Origin: an uncultured Clostridium sp.
GTDB lineage: Bacteria; Bacillota; Clostridia; TANB77; CAG-508
Assembly (NCBI GenBank): GCA_945919455.1
Contig: CAMEJH010000003.1
Coordinates: 807-64,806 of the forward strand
Length of the DNA: 64,000 nt
Direction: 5' to 3'
The notes under the pieces were generated by a model. It searched no databases. It had not been told where the DNA came from and saw only the letters and a program-made list of their open reading frames with translations. Position 1 is the stretch's first letter; the number at the start of each line of letters is the position of its first letter. The position numbers and the translations under genes were made by a program. Positions 38,181 through 48,169 of this stretch are shown here, piece by piece.

Positions 38181-39401
38181 ATGGCAGTAAATCCAATGCA
38201 AAGAAAATCAAGGAATTCATTTTTATTAGGAATAATAATAACATTATTAATTACAGGAATAATAATAATATTTTTATTCTTACAATTAAAAAAAGTAAAG
38301 GATGAACAAGCAGCAGCAGCAGCTTTGTTAGCTAATGTATATACATTGAATCAGGATGTAAAATCAGGTCAAATATTAACAGAAGATATGTTTTCATTAA
38401 AAAGTGTTGATAGAACAACAATACCAAGTAATGCAACTTCTGTTTTTGATGTAATATCTACATGGTTTTTACAAACAAAAGATGGAGAACCAGTACATAG
38501 AGACAAAGATGGATTATATTTAAATACTCCAGATTATATAATAGAAATATATTCTGAAAATGGAGGATATTATAAATTAAATAATGGTGAACATGAAACT
38601 ATAAGTATAAGAAATGATCCATATTCAGATGATGATGGAAGTTATGTTATTGATAGTAATAATATAGATACAACAACTAGAATATATGAAGAACCAACAG
38701 GAAATTTATACACATATAAGTGGGACAATGCTAACAAAACTAGAACGAAAGTGTACTTAGAATTAAATAATGTACCAGTGTTAGCTAAAGTTGATATGAA
38801 TGCTAATACAGTTATTACACCAGATCTTGTTGTTCAATCAGATGCAGTTGTTACTGATGATGTAAGAAGAGAAGAATATAATATGATAGTATTGCCAATG
38901 GATTTGATGACAGATGATTATATAGATATAAGATTAATGCTTCCTAACGGACAAAACTTTATAGTTATATCAAAAACACAAGTAGAAGTTCCTACAAATC
39001 AAGATGGATCTTATGTAGCTGATACTTTATGGTTAGAATTAAGAGAAGATGAAATTTTAGCATTATCTAGTGCTATAGTAGAAGCATATGGTATACCAGG
39101 TGCAAAATTATATGCAAATAAATATGCAGAACCTGGAATGCAAAACGCAGCTGTACCAAATTATACACCAAATAATGCTGTAACAGCTTTAATTAATGAA
39201 AATCCAAATATTGTTGAACAAGCATCACAAGAATTAGCTGCTAGATACTCACAACATTCAAAAGATGTAAGAAATCAATATTTGCAATCAGTAATAAATG
39301 ACGAAATGGGATATGATTCAAATACTCAATCTGGACTAGATGAATCATCATCAAATACACAAGCAACAAGAAAACAATACTTAGAATCTTTAACTTATTA
39401 A
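38181..39401 (+). CDS. CpaB/RcpC-like pilus assembly protein (N-terminal TM, SAF-like segment, beta-clip-like C-domain) with a large insertion
   Basis: TM FLLGIIITLLITGIIIIFLFL, then VYTLNQDVKSGQILTEDMFSLKSVDRTTIP (SAF-like), then DDYIDIRLMLPNGQNFIVISKTQV (resembling the CpaB GDxVDV...V strand). RBS aaggagg. Context with a Tad-type ATPase supports the call. Confidence 0.5.
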   Translation: MAVNPMQRKSRNSFLLGIIITLLITGIIIIFLFLQLKKVKDEQAAAAALLANVYTLNQDVKSGQILTEDMFSLKSVDRTTIPSNATSVFDVISTWFLQTKDGEPVHRDKDGLYLNTPDYIIEIYSENGGYYKLNNGEHETISIRNDPYSDDDGSYVIDSNNIDTTTRIYEEPTGNLYTYKWDNANKTRTKVYLELNNVPVLAKVDMNANTVITPDLVVQSDAVVTDDVRREEYNMIVLPMDLMTDDYIDIRLMLPNGQNFIVISKTQVEVPTNQDGSYVADTLWLELREDEILALSSAIVEAYGIPGAKLYANKYAEPGMQNAAVPNYTPNNAVTALINENPNIVEQASQELAARYSQHSKDVRNQYLQSVINDEMGYDSNTQSGLDESSSNTQATRKQYLESLTY

Positions 39402-39407
39402 TACAAT

Positions 39408-39428
39408 AAGGGCATGTAAAATGCCCTT
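39408..39428 (+). terminator. Intra-operon hairpin (possible attenuator or processing site)
   Basis: aagggcat (39408-39415) pairs with atgccctt (39421-39428). No T-run follows. Confidence 0.3.
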
Positions 39429-39479
39429 ACTGTGAAGTTTTAATACATTATTAGAAATAAGAAAGGAAGAAAAAACAAT

Positions 39480-40166
39480 ATGAAAAAAATCGGGTTTATA
39501 GGCGTATATGACAAAATCGATTTAGTGTTATGTATTGCAAAAATACTAACAAAAGCAGATAAAAAAGTTTTAGTTGCAGATGCTACCAAAATGCAAAAAA
39601 GCAAATATGTAGTACCAGCTATAAACCCTACAAAATCATATATAACAGAATTTGAGGGAATAGATGTAGCTATTGGATTTGATTCTATAGAGAATATAAA
39701 ACAATATTTAGGAATAGAAAAACAAGAAGATTTTGAATATGACATAATGCTAGTTGATACTGATGATTATGAAGGCGTAATTAATTATAATATCCAAGAT
39801 TCAGAAAAAATATATTACATAAGTTCATTTGATGCATATTCATTAAAAAAAGGAATTGAAATATTAACAAGAGTACAAGTTCCAATGCATATGACAAAAA
39901 TATTTTATTCGAAATCAATGCTAAAAGAGGAAGAAGATTATTTTGATTATTTAGCATTAGGACTAAAAATTGTGTGGAATGAAGAAAAATTATATTTTCT
40001 ATTAGAAAACGGAGATCTGGCAGCAATAATAGAAAATCAAAGAGTTTCAAAAATTAAATTAAAAAATTTAAGTAATGAATACAAAGAAAATGTAATTTTT
40101 TTAGTTAATGATATAGATAAAGAAATTGGAGAGAGAAAAATAAGAGGCATAGTGAAAAATCTATAA
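39480..40166 (+). CDS. ParA/MinD-fold protein lacking a Walker A lysine (TadZ/CpaE-like, degenerate)
   Basis: MKKIGFIGVYDKIDLVLCIAKILTKADKKVLVADAT follows the beta1-P-loop-helix layout of MinD/ParA, but GxxGKT is replaced by VYDKID. A later DIMLVDTD is Walker B-like. Confidence 0.45.
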   Translation: MKKIGFIGVYDKIDLVLCIAKILTKADKKVLVADATKMQKSKYVVPAINPTKSYITEFEGIDVAIGFDSIENIKQYLGIEKQEDFEYDIMLVDTDDYEGVINYNIQDSEKIYYISSFDAYSLKKGIEILTRVQVPMHMTKIFYSKSMLKEEEDYFDYLALGLKIVWNEEKLYFLLENGDLAAIIENQRVSKIKLKNLSNEYKENVIFLVNDIDKEIGERKIRGIVKNL

Positions 40167-40179
40167 AAGGAGAATTAGA

Positions 40180-41046
40180 ATGTCAATTGTAACATTTTGG
40201 AATGAAGATAGAGAACAAACTGGAAAAACTTTAACCGCAGTAGCTGTGGCAACAAAAATGGCAATAGAACGTAATTTTAAAATATTGTTATTATCAACAA
40301 GTTATATGGAACCAACAGTAAAAAATTGCTTTTGGACAGACAGTGCTCAAAAAAATTTAGGCATATTAGCAGGAAAAGGCAGTAACATAGCAGTTGAAAG
40401 TGGAATAGAAGGTTTATCAAAGTTAATTGCAAGCAATAAAATACAACCAACAATAATTACAGATTACACAAGAGTAATATTTAAAGACAGATTAGAAGTT
40501 CTAAATGGCTTTTCTGGATCACCAGATGCAACAGATGATGGCAATTTGCTAAATTATAAAAAAACATCAGAAAGTTATCCGGAATTAATAAAATTAGCAA
40601 ATCAATTTTATGATATGGTATTAGTCGATATTGATAGTATGTTGGATAAAACAATAAGAGATCAAATATTAGAAATGGCAAATGTTAATGTTTTAGTAAT
40701 TAGCCAAAGACTAGAAAGTCTAAATAGATATAACGAACGAAAAAAAACAGATAAACAAATAATAGGACCAAAATGTATACCTGTAATAGGAAAATATAAT
40801 AAAAATTCTAAATACAATAAGAAAAATATGATGAGATATTTGAATGAGAAAAAAGATTTAAATCTTGTTCCATTTAATACATTATTTTTTGAAGCAGCAG
40901 AAGAAGCTTCTGTAACAGAATTCTTCTTAAAGATGAGAGATATAAAAGATACTACTGATGATAATTATATTTTTATGTCAGAAGTATTAAAATTAACAAA
41001 TAATATTATAACTAGATTACAAGACTTGCAAATGAAAATGAGGTGA
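40180..41046 (+). CDS. ParA/MinD-fold protein with a deviant P-loop (TadZ/CpaE-like)
   Basis: SIVTFWNEDREQTGKTLTAVAVATKMA (GKT retained) and a Walker B-like MVLVDID. It lies adjacent to the Tad-type ATPase. Confidence 0.5.
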   Translation: MSIVTFWNEDREQTGKTLTAVAVATKMAIERNFKILLLSTSYMEPTVKNCFWTDSAQKNLGILAGKGSNIAVESGIEGLSKLIASNKIQPTIITDYTRVIFKDRLEVLNGFSGSPDATDDGNLLNYKKTSESYPELIKLANQFYDMVLVDIDSMLDKTIRDQILEMANVNVLVISQRLESLNRYNERKKTDKQIIGPKCIPVIGKYNKNSKYNKKNMMRYLNEKKDLNLVPFNTLFFEAAEEASVTEFFLKMRDIKDTTDDNYIFMSEVLKLTNNIITRLQDLQMKMR

Positions 41047-41050
41047 GAAA

Positions 41051-43039
41051 ATGTCAATATTTAACACAATTCTAATAATTGTTATATTTGTTGTAGCAAT
41101 AATGGCAGTTCTATATTATGTTAATAAAAACAAAAATGCAGAAGTAGAGCAAGAGGTTGAAAAAGATGATAAAACATATACTCTTGAAAAAATGAGAGAC
41201 TATGTAAAAAAGAGATTAGATGAAATAACTAAAATAAACTTATATGATATAGGATTATCAGAAGAGGAATTAAAAAGAAGAAAAAATAAAAAATATGCAT
41301 TAAAAAAGGCATTAAAAGGATGTACATATGGAGATGTTAATGATAAAAGATATGTAAAAGAACTAATTGGGGATCTATTATCAAAAGAATATGGTATAGA
41401 CGAAACAAATATATCAAACGCAATTCCATTTGACATTCCATCATTGCTTACATCTCAAGATAAATTTGACATTTTACTTTATACATATAAAAAAGAATTT
41501 GGATATGAAGCTTTAACACAGTTAATTAAAAGATATAATTTAGCAACATTAAAATATATCCAAGGAGAGACAAAGCCTTGTTATGTAATAACAGATGATG
41601 AGATTGATGAAATATATGAAAAAGAAAATATAGTATTATCGTTCCAAGATAAACTAGAAGTAGTAGTACAAAGAATTTATCAACACTATAAAGGATATAG
41701 TTCTATAGATGAAATAAGAGACATGAATATAGACGGTGTATCTGGAGGTGTATCTGGATTACCAGAAAGCTTCTTAAGTCAAGTTGCACAAACAGAGGGA
41801 GATTATTTAGAACAAGTAAGTGAGCACAAAGTTCCAAGAGCTTGTGATAGTATATGGATATTTTTCCAAGGTAAATCAATACGTTTAGCATTTTTATCAT
41901 TTGGAACAGAATCAGAACTAAAAAGAGTTTGTCAAAATATTTACAAATATAATAATCCTGGACAATTATCAGATACAAATGGTTATAAGATCAATGAAAT
42001 GAAAGATGGTTCACGTGTTGTTGTAGTAAGACCAAGCATGTCAGAAACATGGGCATTCTTTGTAAGAAAATTTGACGTAAAAAGAGCTACACTAGAACAA
42101 ATAGTAACTTACCCAGGATATGAAGAAACAATTAATTTATTAAAATATCTTGTAAAAGGTGCAAGAATTATATCACTAACAGGTGAGCAGGGTTGTGGTA
42201 AAACAACAATGCTTATGGCAATGATAGAAAACATATATGAAACAATGAACTTACGTATTACAGAAACTGCATTTGAGTTACACTTAAGAAAAATTTATCC
42301 AACAAGAAACATATTATCAATGCGAGAGACAGATACAATAGCTGGACAAGAGTGTTTGGACGTTCAGAAAAAAACAGATGGTTCTGTAAACATCATAGGT
42401 GAGGTTGCAACAGACCCCGTAGCATCTTGGATGATACAATCTGCACAGGTTGCATCTAAATTTACATTATTTACTCACCACGCTAAAACATTTCCAGATT
42501 TAGTAACAGCTCTTCGTAACTCAATGTTAAGAGCAGGAGTATTCAAAAACGAAAAAACTGCAGAAGAACAAGTTGTACAAGTACTAAACTTTGATATACA
42601 TTTAGTAAAAGACTTTAGAGGAAGAAGATATATAGAAAGAGTAACAGAATGTATACCAGTAGAAGATCAATCAACATATGATCATGACTACAAAAGTGAA
42701 AAAACAATGGATGGAAAAGTAGAAAAATTTTTCCAAAATGCAACAACATATTTTTCAAAATCAACAGAACAAAAATTATATACATATCAAAATATATTAG
42801 AATATGTCGATGGAGAATATGTTATAACCAATAAAATATCAGATAAAAATCTTCAAGAAATGAGAGCTAATATGGATGAATCAGATGTTGAAGAGTTTGA
42901 TAAATTTGTTGAAAGAAATTGGGGAGAACAAATAAGAAAAGAAAAATTGGAAAGACAAGCAGAAAACGTTGGAGTATCAGTTAGTTTAGCAGATACAGAT
43001 TCTCCAAAAAGAAGAGGAAGAAAACCAAAAAATGCATAA
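41051..43039 (+). CDS. Type II/IV secretion-family ATPase (CpaF/TadA/VirB11-like) with an N-terminal transmembrane helix
   Basis: Walker A LTGEQGCGKTT (about 42182-42208), ITETAFEL (Asp box-like), Walker B-like DGSVNIIGEV and His box FTLFTHHAKT. N-terminus MSIFNTILIIVIFVVAIMAVLYY. The C-terminal tail is basic (PKRRGRKPKNA). Confidence 0.75.
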   Translation: MSIFNTILIIVIFVVAIMAVLYYVNKNKNAEVEQEVEKDDKTYTLEKMRDYVKKRLDEITKINLYDIGLSEEELKRRKNKKYALKKALKGCTYGDVNDKRYVKELIGDLLSKEYGIDETNISNAIPFDIPSLLTSQDKFDILLYTYKKEFGYEALTQLIKRYNLATLKYIQGETKPCYVITDDEIDEIYEKENIVLSFQDKLEVVVQRIYQHYKGYSSIDEIRDMNIDGVSGGVSGLPESFLSQVAQTEGDYLEQVSEHKVPRACDSIWIFFQGKSIRLAFLSFGTESELKRVCQNIYKYNNPGQLSDTNGYKINEMKDGSRVVVVRPSMSETWAFFVRKFDVKRATLEQIVTYPGYEETINLLKYLVKGARIISLTGEQGCGKTTMLMAMIENIYETMNLRITETAFELHLRKIYPTRNILSMRETDTIAGQECLDVQKKTDGSVNIIGEVATDPVASWMIQSAQVASKFTLFTHHAKTFPDLVTALRNSMLRAGVFKNEKTAEEQVVQVLNFDIHLVKDFRGRRYIERVTECIPVEDQSTYDHDYKSEKTMDGKVEKFFQNATTYFSKSTEQKLYTYQNILEYVDGEYVITNKISDKNLQEMRANMDESDVEEFDKFVERNWGEQIRKEKLERQAENVGVSVSLADTDSPKRRGRKPKNA

Positions 43040-43073
43040 GAATTTTAAGAGCATAGGAGGTGTTTTTATATAA

Positions 43074-45140
43074 ATGGATACAAGTATACTAAAATATATT
43101 ATGATTGGGACAGGTGTACTATTTGCTATTGTTATTGGAGTATATATAATCTTAACCAAGAAAATGGGTAAGTCTGAATATAGACAAATGAAAAAACTGC
43201 AAGAAGGAACAAAAGCAGATTCATTTTCTATGGATGTATTGTATCAAAAGTTGTATTTAACATATATAAAAATGCCTTTTATAAAAAGATACATATATAA
43301 ATTAAGAAGAAGACTAGAAATATTAAATATAGATGATGAATATACAACAAGAAAAGATTCTGCAAGAATATTGACAAATGCAATACTTATATTAATACCT
43401 ATTGTTGCGTTGACAATAATAATAACACATAATAATACTTTACTTATGAGTATACTATTAATTTTTGAATTATTTATTGTAGATACAGCAGTAGATGGAA
43501 TGGTCGATAAAATAGATAATAATCTACTAAGAGAACAAATAGACTTTTTTGCAGAAATAAGACATGCATACCATGAATATAATATGGTTGAAGAAGCAAT
43601 ATACCAAGTATCATTAGATGATGAAAAAAATGTTTCAAAGCAAGGTGAAAAAATTTATGAAATATTAAGCTCTGATGATCCAGAGACAGAACTTGAAAAA
43701 TACTATGATATTGCACCAAATAGCTATTTAAAAGAATTTGCTGGAATATCATATTTAACACAAGAATTTGGAGATAGACAAGAAGATGGATCTTCTTTAT
43801 ATCTTAAAAATATAAACAACATAACACAAGAAATGCAGATAGAAATATTAAAGAGGGATAAATTAAATTATGTATTCCAAAGTTTAGCGTTTATCTCAAT
43901 TGCGCCAGTACTATTGCTAGAACCATTAAAGAATTGGTCAGTTTCTAACTTTACATTTACTACTAGTTTTTATAATGGAAAATTAGGAATGATTATACAA
44001 ATATTAATTGTATTATTAACAGTAATATCATATATCATGACAAGAAAACTAAAAGATAATGGAGGAGTACAAGTAGATATATCTACAAATCAGCATCCAT
44101 GGCAAGAAAAAGTATACAAAAATCCAGCTTTAAAGAAAATAATAAATGCATTTATACCAAAAAAAGGTTCAAAGGATTATAGAAAAATGCAGAAATTATT
44201 AAAGGATTCTGCATCAAAATCTAAAATGGAATGGGTGTATATAAATAGAATTTGCTTAGCAATAGTTGCATTTATTGCAACAATAATATTATCAGCACAG
44301 TTACATAGAATAGCTATAAACTATATATATACAGAACCAACAACAGAAACAGTAGTTATGGGAACATTATCAGAAGCGAACCAAAGAAAAGCAGATGAAC
44401 TTACAAAACAAGATAATTATTTTCTGGACAAGCTAAAAGGTAAACTAGATATAACCCAAGAGGAAATTGAAAAAGAGATGATAAAATCTCCTTATTATGA
44501 AGAAGGCGATGAAAAATTACATACAGATGCAGAAAGAATTTTGGAAAAACTGAACGTAGTAAATTCTGAAAATATGCAGTGGTTTGAAGAATTATTAGCA
44601 ATAGTATTTGCAATAGTTGCTTATATGGCTCCAGTTTGGATGATGTACTTCCAAAAGAAAATGAGACAAATGGATATGGAAAGCGAAGTAATGCAGTTCC
44701 AAACAATTATAGTAATGTTAATGAAAATAGAAAGAGTAAATGTAGAAATGATTCTTGAATGGTTAGAAAGATATGCAAACATATTCAAAGAACCTATATC
44801 AAGATGTGTAAACAATTATGAAGCTGGAGCTTGGGAAGCACTAGAAGAACTAAAAAATTCAGTAACAAATCAAGATATGATAAGAATTGCAGAAAGCTTA
44901 CAGGCAGCAGTAGAAAAAATTCCAATTAGAGAAGCTTTTGATGAGTTAGATGCAGATAGAGATTATCACCAAGAAAAGAGAAAAGAAACAAACAATCAAT
45001 TAATATCAAGAAAAGGACTAATAGGAAAAGGTGTAGGTTTTGCACCTATGATATGTCTATTTGTTGGATATTTAATAGTTCCATTAGTTGTAATAGGAAT
45101 CTCAAGTATGTCAGGAGCATTTACTCAATTAGGTGGATAA
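43074..45140 (+). CDS. Polytopic platform protein, TadB/TadC (GspF-fold)-like
   Basis: About 7 TM helices. The C-terminal cytoplasmic helical bundle MESEVMQFQTIIVMLMKIERVNVEMILEWLERYANIFKEPISRCVNNY...AWEALEELK...IAESLQAAVEKIPIREAFDEL follows the T2SSF repeat pattern and is followed by a TM. It sits immediately after the ATPase. Confidence 0.5.
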   Translation: MDTSILKYIMIGTGVLFAIVIGVYIILTKKMGKSEYRQMKKLQEGTKADSFSMDVLYQKLYLTYIKMPFIKRYIYKLRRRLEILNIDDEYTTRKDSARILTNAILILIPIVALTIIITHNNTLLMSILLIFELFIVDTAVDGMVDKIDNNLLREQIDFFAEIRHAYHEYNMVEEAIYQVSLDDEKNVSKQGEKIYEILSSDDPETELEKYYDIAPNSYLKEFAGISYLTQEFGDRQEDGSSLYLKNINNITQEMQIEILKRDKLNYVFQSLAFISIAPVLLLEPLKNWSVSNFTFTTSFYNGKLGMIIQILIVLLTVISYIMTRKLKDNGGVQVDISTNQHPWQEKVYKNPALKKIINAFIPKKGSKDYRKMQKLLKDSASKSKMEWVYINRICLAIVAFIATIILSAQLHRIAINYIYTEPTTETVVMGTLSEANQRKADELTKQDNYFLDKLKGKLDITQEEIEKEMIKSPYYEEGDEKLHTDAERILEKLNVVNSENMQWFEELLAIVFAIVAYMAPVWMMYFQKKMRQMDMESEVMQFQTIIVMLMKIERVNVEMILEWLERYANIFKEPISRCVNNYEAGAWEALEELKNSVTNQDMIRIAESLQAAVEKIPIREAFDELDADRDYHQEKRKETNNQLISRKGLIGKGVGFAPMICLFVGYLIVPLVVIGISSMSGAFTQLGG

Positions 45141-45155
45141 AATCAGGAGGTTTAG

Positions 45156-45959
45156 ATGGAAAATGCAACAAAAGCTTTGTTAATAGCTGCTGGAGTTATG
45201 ATAGCAGTTATGATATTATCATTATTGCTTATTGGGTATAATCAAATTTCTGATTACTATAACAAACAACATGAAAGTACTGAAGTAGATCAATTAACAA
45301 AATTTAATAGTAAATTTGAAAATTACCATAGAAACAAAATAAGAGGTAGTGACATGATATCTCTTATGAATAGAGTAAGAGATTACAATGCAACACAACA
45401 TTACCAACAAGGAACAGGATATGAAAGAATAATTGTAAAAATATCTATAGGAACGAGTAATTTAGACAGTTTTAGATATATTACACAGTCAAATAAAACT
45501 AATTATAATTTTACATATGAATCAATACTTCCTAATACAGGAATTATAACAAATGAATCTGGATCTGATGATCAATTAGTAAGTGTAACTAGTAAAATTA
45601 CTGATGAAATTAATAATAATTCATCATTAGGAGTATCTGATACAAATCTACAAACTCTAGCAGCAAATATATCTAATATTGTATTAGCAACTAGTATAGA
45701 GAATTCATCCTTAGAATATGATCAAAGAACAAGGGAAAAAAGAATAAATTTATTGAAAAACACATTAAAATTATCAGAAGATCAGATAAATAGCAATTTA
45801 GAAAAAATTAAAAAGATAACTTGTCAATATTATGAATATACTCAATTTAAAAGAGCATATTTTGACTGTACAGAAGTTAAATATGATGAAAAAACAGGAA
45901 GAGTTTGTGAAATGAACTTTGAAGTTAGAACAAATGGCGGAAATGTAGAATTCAATTAA
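45156..45959 (+). CDS. Pilin-like protein, MENATKALLIAA family (large paralogue, 267 aa)
   Basis: N-terminus MENATKALLIAAGVMIAVMILSLLLIGYNQ. RBS caggagg. C-terminal motif YFDCTEVKYDEKTGRVCEMNFEV. Many N-x-S/T sequons. Confidence 0.6.
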   Translation: MENATKALLIAAGVMIAVMILSLLLIGYNQISDYYNKQHESTEVDQLTKFNSKFENYHRNKIRGSDMISLMNRVRDYNATQHYQQGTGYERIIVKISIGTSNLDSFRYITQSNKTNYNFTYESILPNTGIITNESGSDDQLVSVTSKITDEINNNSSLGVSDTNLQTLAANISNIVLATSIENSSLEYDQRTREKRINLLKNTLKLSEDQINSNLEKIKKITCQYYEYTQFKRAYFDCTEVKYDEKTGRVCEMNFEVRTNGGNVEFN

Positions 45960-45981
45960 TATATGTGAAAGGAAATTATAG

Positions 45982-46509
45982 ATGGAAAATGCAACCAAAG
46001 CATTATTAATAGCTGCTGGGGTATTAATAGGAATAATGATAATTTCATTAGGTGTTGTGTTATATTATTCATTGCAAGTATATGTTGTAGAAACACAACA
46101 AACTATGGAAGAAAATGCTATTAGTAAATTTAATACACAATTTTTGAAATATATTAATATGACAGAAGATTCAAGTGGTGCTATTATTTTAAATGGTAAA
46201 AAATATAATATGGATTTTAGACTTAGACTACAAGATGTAATTACTGCTGCTAATATAGCCTATGAAAATAATAAACAGCTTGGACTAGAAGAAGGACAAA
46301 CAGCTGATGCAAATGAAAATAATTTATATGTACGAGTAAATGTACTTTTTAATGGGGTAACACCACAAAAAAACAGTATAGAAAAAGATATAAATAAAAC
46401 AGCTTCAGAGTTATTGCAACAAGACAATGATTATGAATATAAATGTACTGATATTGATATAAAAATAAGTGAAAAAACAGGAAGAGTTTATGAAATAACT
46501 TTTAAATAA
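45982..46509 (+). CDS. Pilin-like protein, MENATKALLIAA family (175 aa)
   Basis: N-terminus MENATKALLIAAGVLIGIMIISLGVVLYYS. C-terminal motif YKCTDIDIKISEKTGRVYEITFK. Confidence 0.6.
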   Translation: MENATKALLIAAGVLIGIMIISLGVVLYYSLQVYVVETQQTMEENAISKFNTQFLKYINMTEDSSGAIILNGKKYNMDFRLRLQDVITAANIAYENNKQLGLEEGQTADANENNLYVRVNVLFNGVTPQKNSIEKDINKTASELLQQDNDYEYKCTDIDIKISEKTGRVYEITFK

Positions 46510-46552
46510 CTCTTGAGTTAATAAAAACAAAATGATATAATGAGGATAGAAT

Positions 46553-46987
46553 ATGAAAAAAATATTTATATTTTTTGCAATTGTTATAATAGTAGTTGCT
46601 ATAATAGGAGTTAGATATTATTCTTATAAAGTAGATTATAATGCAATATTAAAAGAAAATGCAGAATATGAACAGTATAAAGATAAAGAAATATATGGAT
46701 TAGACTTAGCTTCTATGATAAACAAGACTGTTGATAAAAATTTAAAAAATAAAATAGAAAAATCAGAAGATGGAAATTTTATACAAAATGATGAAAATTC
46801 TATAGAAATAGAAATATATATTTTAGACAATGAAACAACATATAAAATGGAAACTTTCTATAATAAAGGAACAGAGCAATTTGTGCAATATTATGGAAAT
46901 ATAAAATTTAAATGTTCAAAAATAGAATATCATAAAAATACAGGAAAAATAAAATATCTATTATTTGAACAAATATCAGATAGTTAA
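46553..46987 (+). CDS. Small membrane-anchored protein sharing the C-terminal module of the pilin-like paralogues
   Basis: N-terminus MKKIFIFFAIVIIVVAIIGVRYY (not MENAT). C-terminal FKCSKIEYHKNTGKIKYLLFEQ aligns with the Cys...KTG[RK] motif of 45156 and 45982. Confidence 0.55.
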   Translation: MKKIFIFFAIVIIVVAIIGVRYYSYKVDYNAILKENAEYEQYKDKEIYGLDLASMINKTVDKNLKNKIEKSEDGNFIQNDENSIEIEIYILDNETTYKMETFYNKGTEQFVQYYGNIKFKCSKIEYHKNTGKIKYLLFEQISDS

Positions 46988-47049
46988 TAAAGTTCGATAA
47001 AATATTTTATCGATTTCAATAAACAAAAGTAAAAAGGAGGGAAAAAACT

Positions 47050-47475
47050 ATGGAGAACGCAACCAAAGCATTGCTAATTGCAGCAGCAGTTTTAGTAGCA
47101 ATACTAATTATCTCTTTAGGACTAGTTGTTTACAATATGGCTGCAGAGACAGTACAAAGTGTAAACATTGACGAGACAGAAATACAAGCACACAACGAAA
47201 AATTCACTAGATATGAAGGAGAGGCTAAAAGAGGTAATGATGTTAATGGTTTACTAAACCAAGCTTTAAATTACAATATGGCTCAAACAGATGATGCTAA
47301 AAAAGTACAAATAAGCTACAAAGGTTCAGGAGCAGGTGCAGCAACAGAAGTTCTTTTATATACTAGCCAAAAAACAAGTGCAAAAAAGGTTGACACAGGA
47401 AGAACATATAAAGTTGTAGGTATTCGTGATACAGTATCTGGATTAATAACAAAAATTGAAATAACACAAAATTAA
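47050..47475 (+). CDS. Pilin-like protein, MENATKALLIAA family; candidate major subunit (141 aa)
   Basis: N-terminus MENATKALLIAAAVLVAILIISLGLVVYNM. It has the best RBS in the operon (aaaaggaggg) and is the smallest paralogue. The sequence is Ala/Gly/Thr-rich and the C-terminus is SGLITKIEITQN. Confidence 0.6.
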   Translation: MENATKALLIAAAVLVAILIISLGLVVYNMAAETVQSVNIDETEIQAHNEKFTRYEGEAKRGNDVNGLLNQALNYNMAQTDDAKKVQISYKGSGAGAATEVLLYTSQKTSAKKVDTGRTYKVVGIRDTVSGLITKIEITQN

Positions 47476-47502
47476 TTTAATATAAGAGAAAGGAGATATA
47501 CT

Positions 47503-48120
47503 ATGGAAAATATAACAGAAGCATTAAAAATTGCATTTGGAGTTATGATGTTTGTGTTAGCATTAACCCTTAGTATATCTTGTTTTTCTCAAGCTAGAGT
47601 TGCAATTGACAATGTAATTACAATAAAAGATAGGGAATCAGAATATACATATGTTAAAACTTCAAGTAATACAAAAAATAGAATTGTTAGTGTAGAAACA
47701 ATAATTCCTACAATTTATAAGGCATACAAAGAAAATTTTAGTATAGAGTTTTATAAATCAGATGGAGTAACTCCATTATATTTATATACATATGTAGATC
47801 CAAATCATATAAAAACAAATGTAAATTATATTGATTTAAAAAGAGAAATATTGCCAGATGCAACAGAAGCAATTAAACATTTCGATACATTATTAGGATC
47901 TGAAACTAATAAGCCGTTAAATTTTAGAGATAATTTTATATATACAGATGGATTATATGAATTTTTTAAAAACAATAAATTTGAAGAACGATTGGGAGAA
48001 TATTACCAAGAAGACGCCTTAGAAGGAACTGTAACAAATACATTAGAAATAAATAAAACTAAAAAAAGAATTATATCATATATATTACAGGAACCAGCTA
48101 ATGGAGTAAGAGAACCATAA
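47503..48120 (+). CDS. Pilin-like protein, divergent MENxT family member (205 aa)
   Basis: N-terminus MENITEALKIAFGVMMFVLALTLSISCFSQ. RBS aaaggag. Confidence 0.55.
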   Translation: MENITEALKIAFGVMMFVLALTLSISCFSQARVAIDNVITIKDRESEYTYVKTSSNTKNRIVSVETIIPTIYKAYKENFSIEFYKSDGVTPLYLYTYVDPNHIKTNVNYIDLKREILPDATEAIKHFDTLLGSETNKPLNFRDNFIYTDGLYEFFKNNKFEERLGEYYQEDALEGTVTNTLEINKTKKRIISYILQEPANGVREP

Positions 48121-48169
48121 TAAAATTAGAAAGGAGAAATGTTAGTATTTTTGCTAACAATTGTTATAT

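Noticed and set aside
46509-46552. TTGAGT-17-TATAAT promoter-like match between two pilin-like genes
   Set aside because: The implied transcription start would fall inside or after the RBS of the 46553 gene. In DNA this AT-rich such matches arise easily, so I do not report it as a feature.
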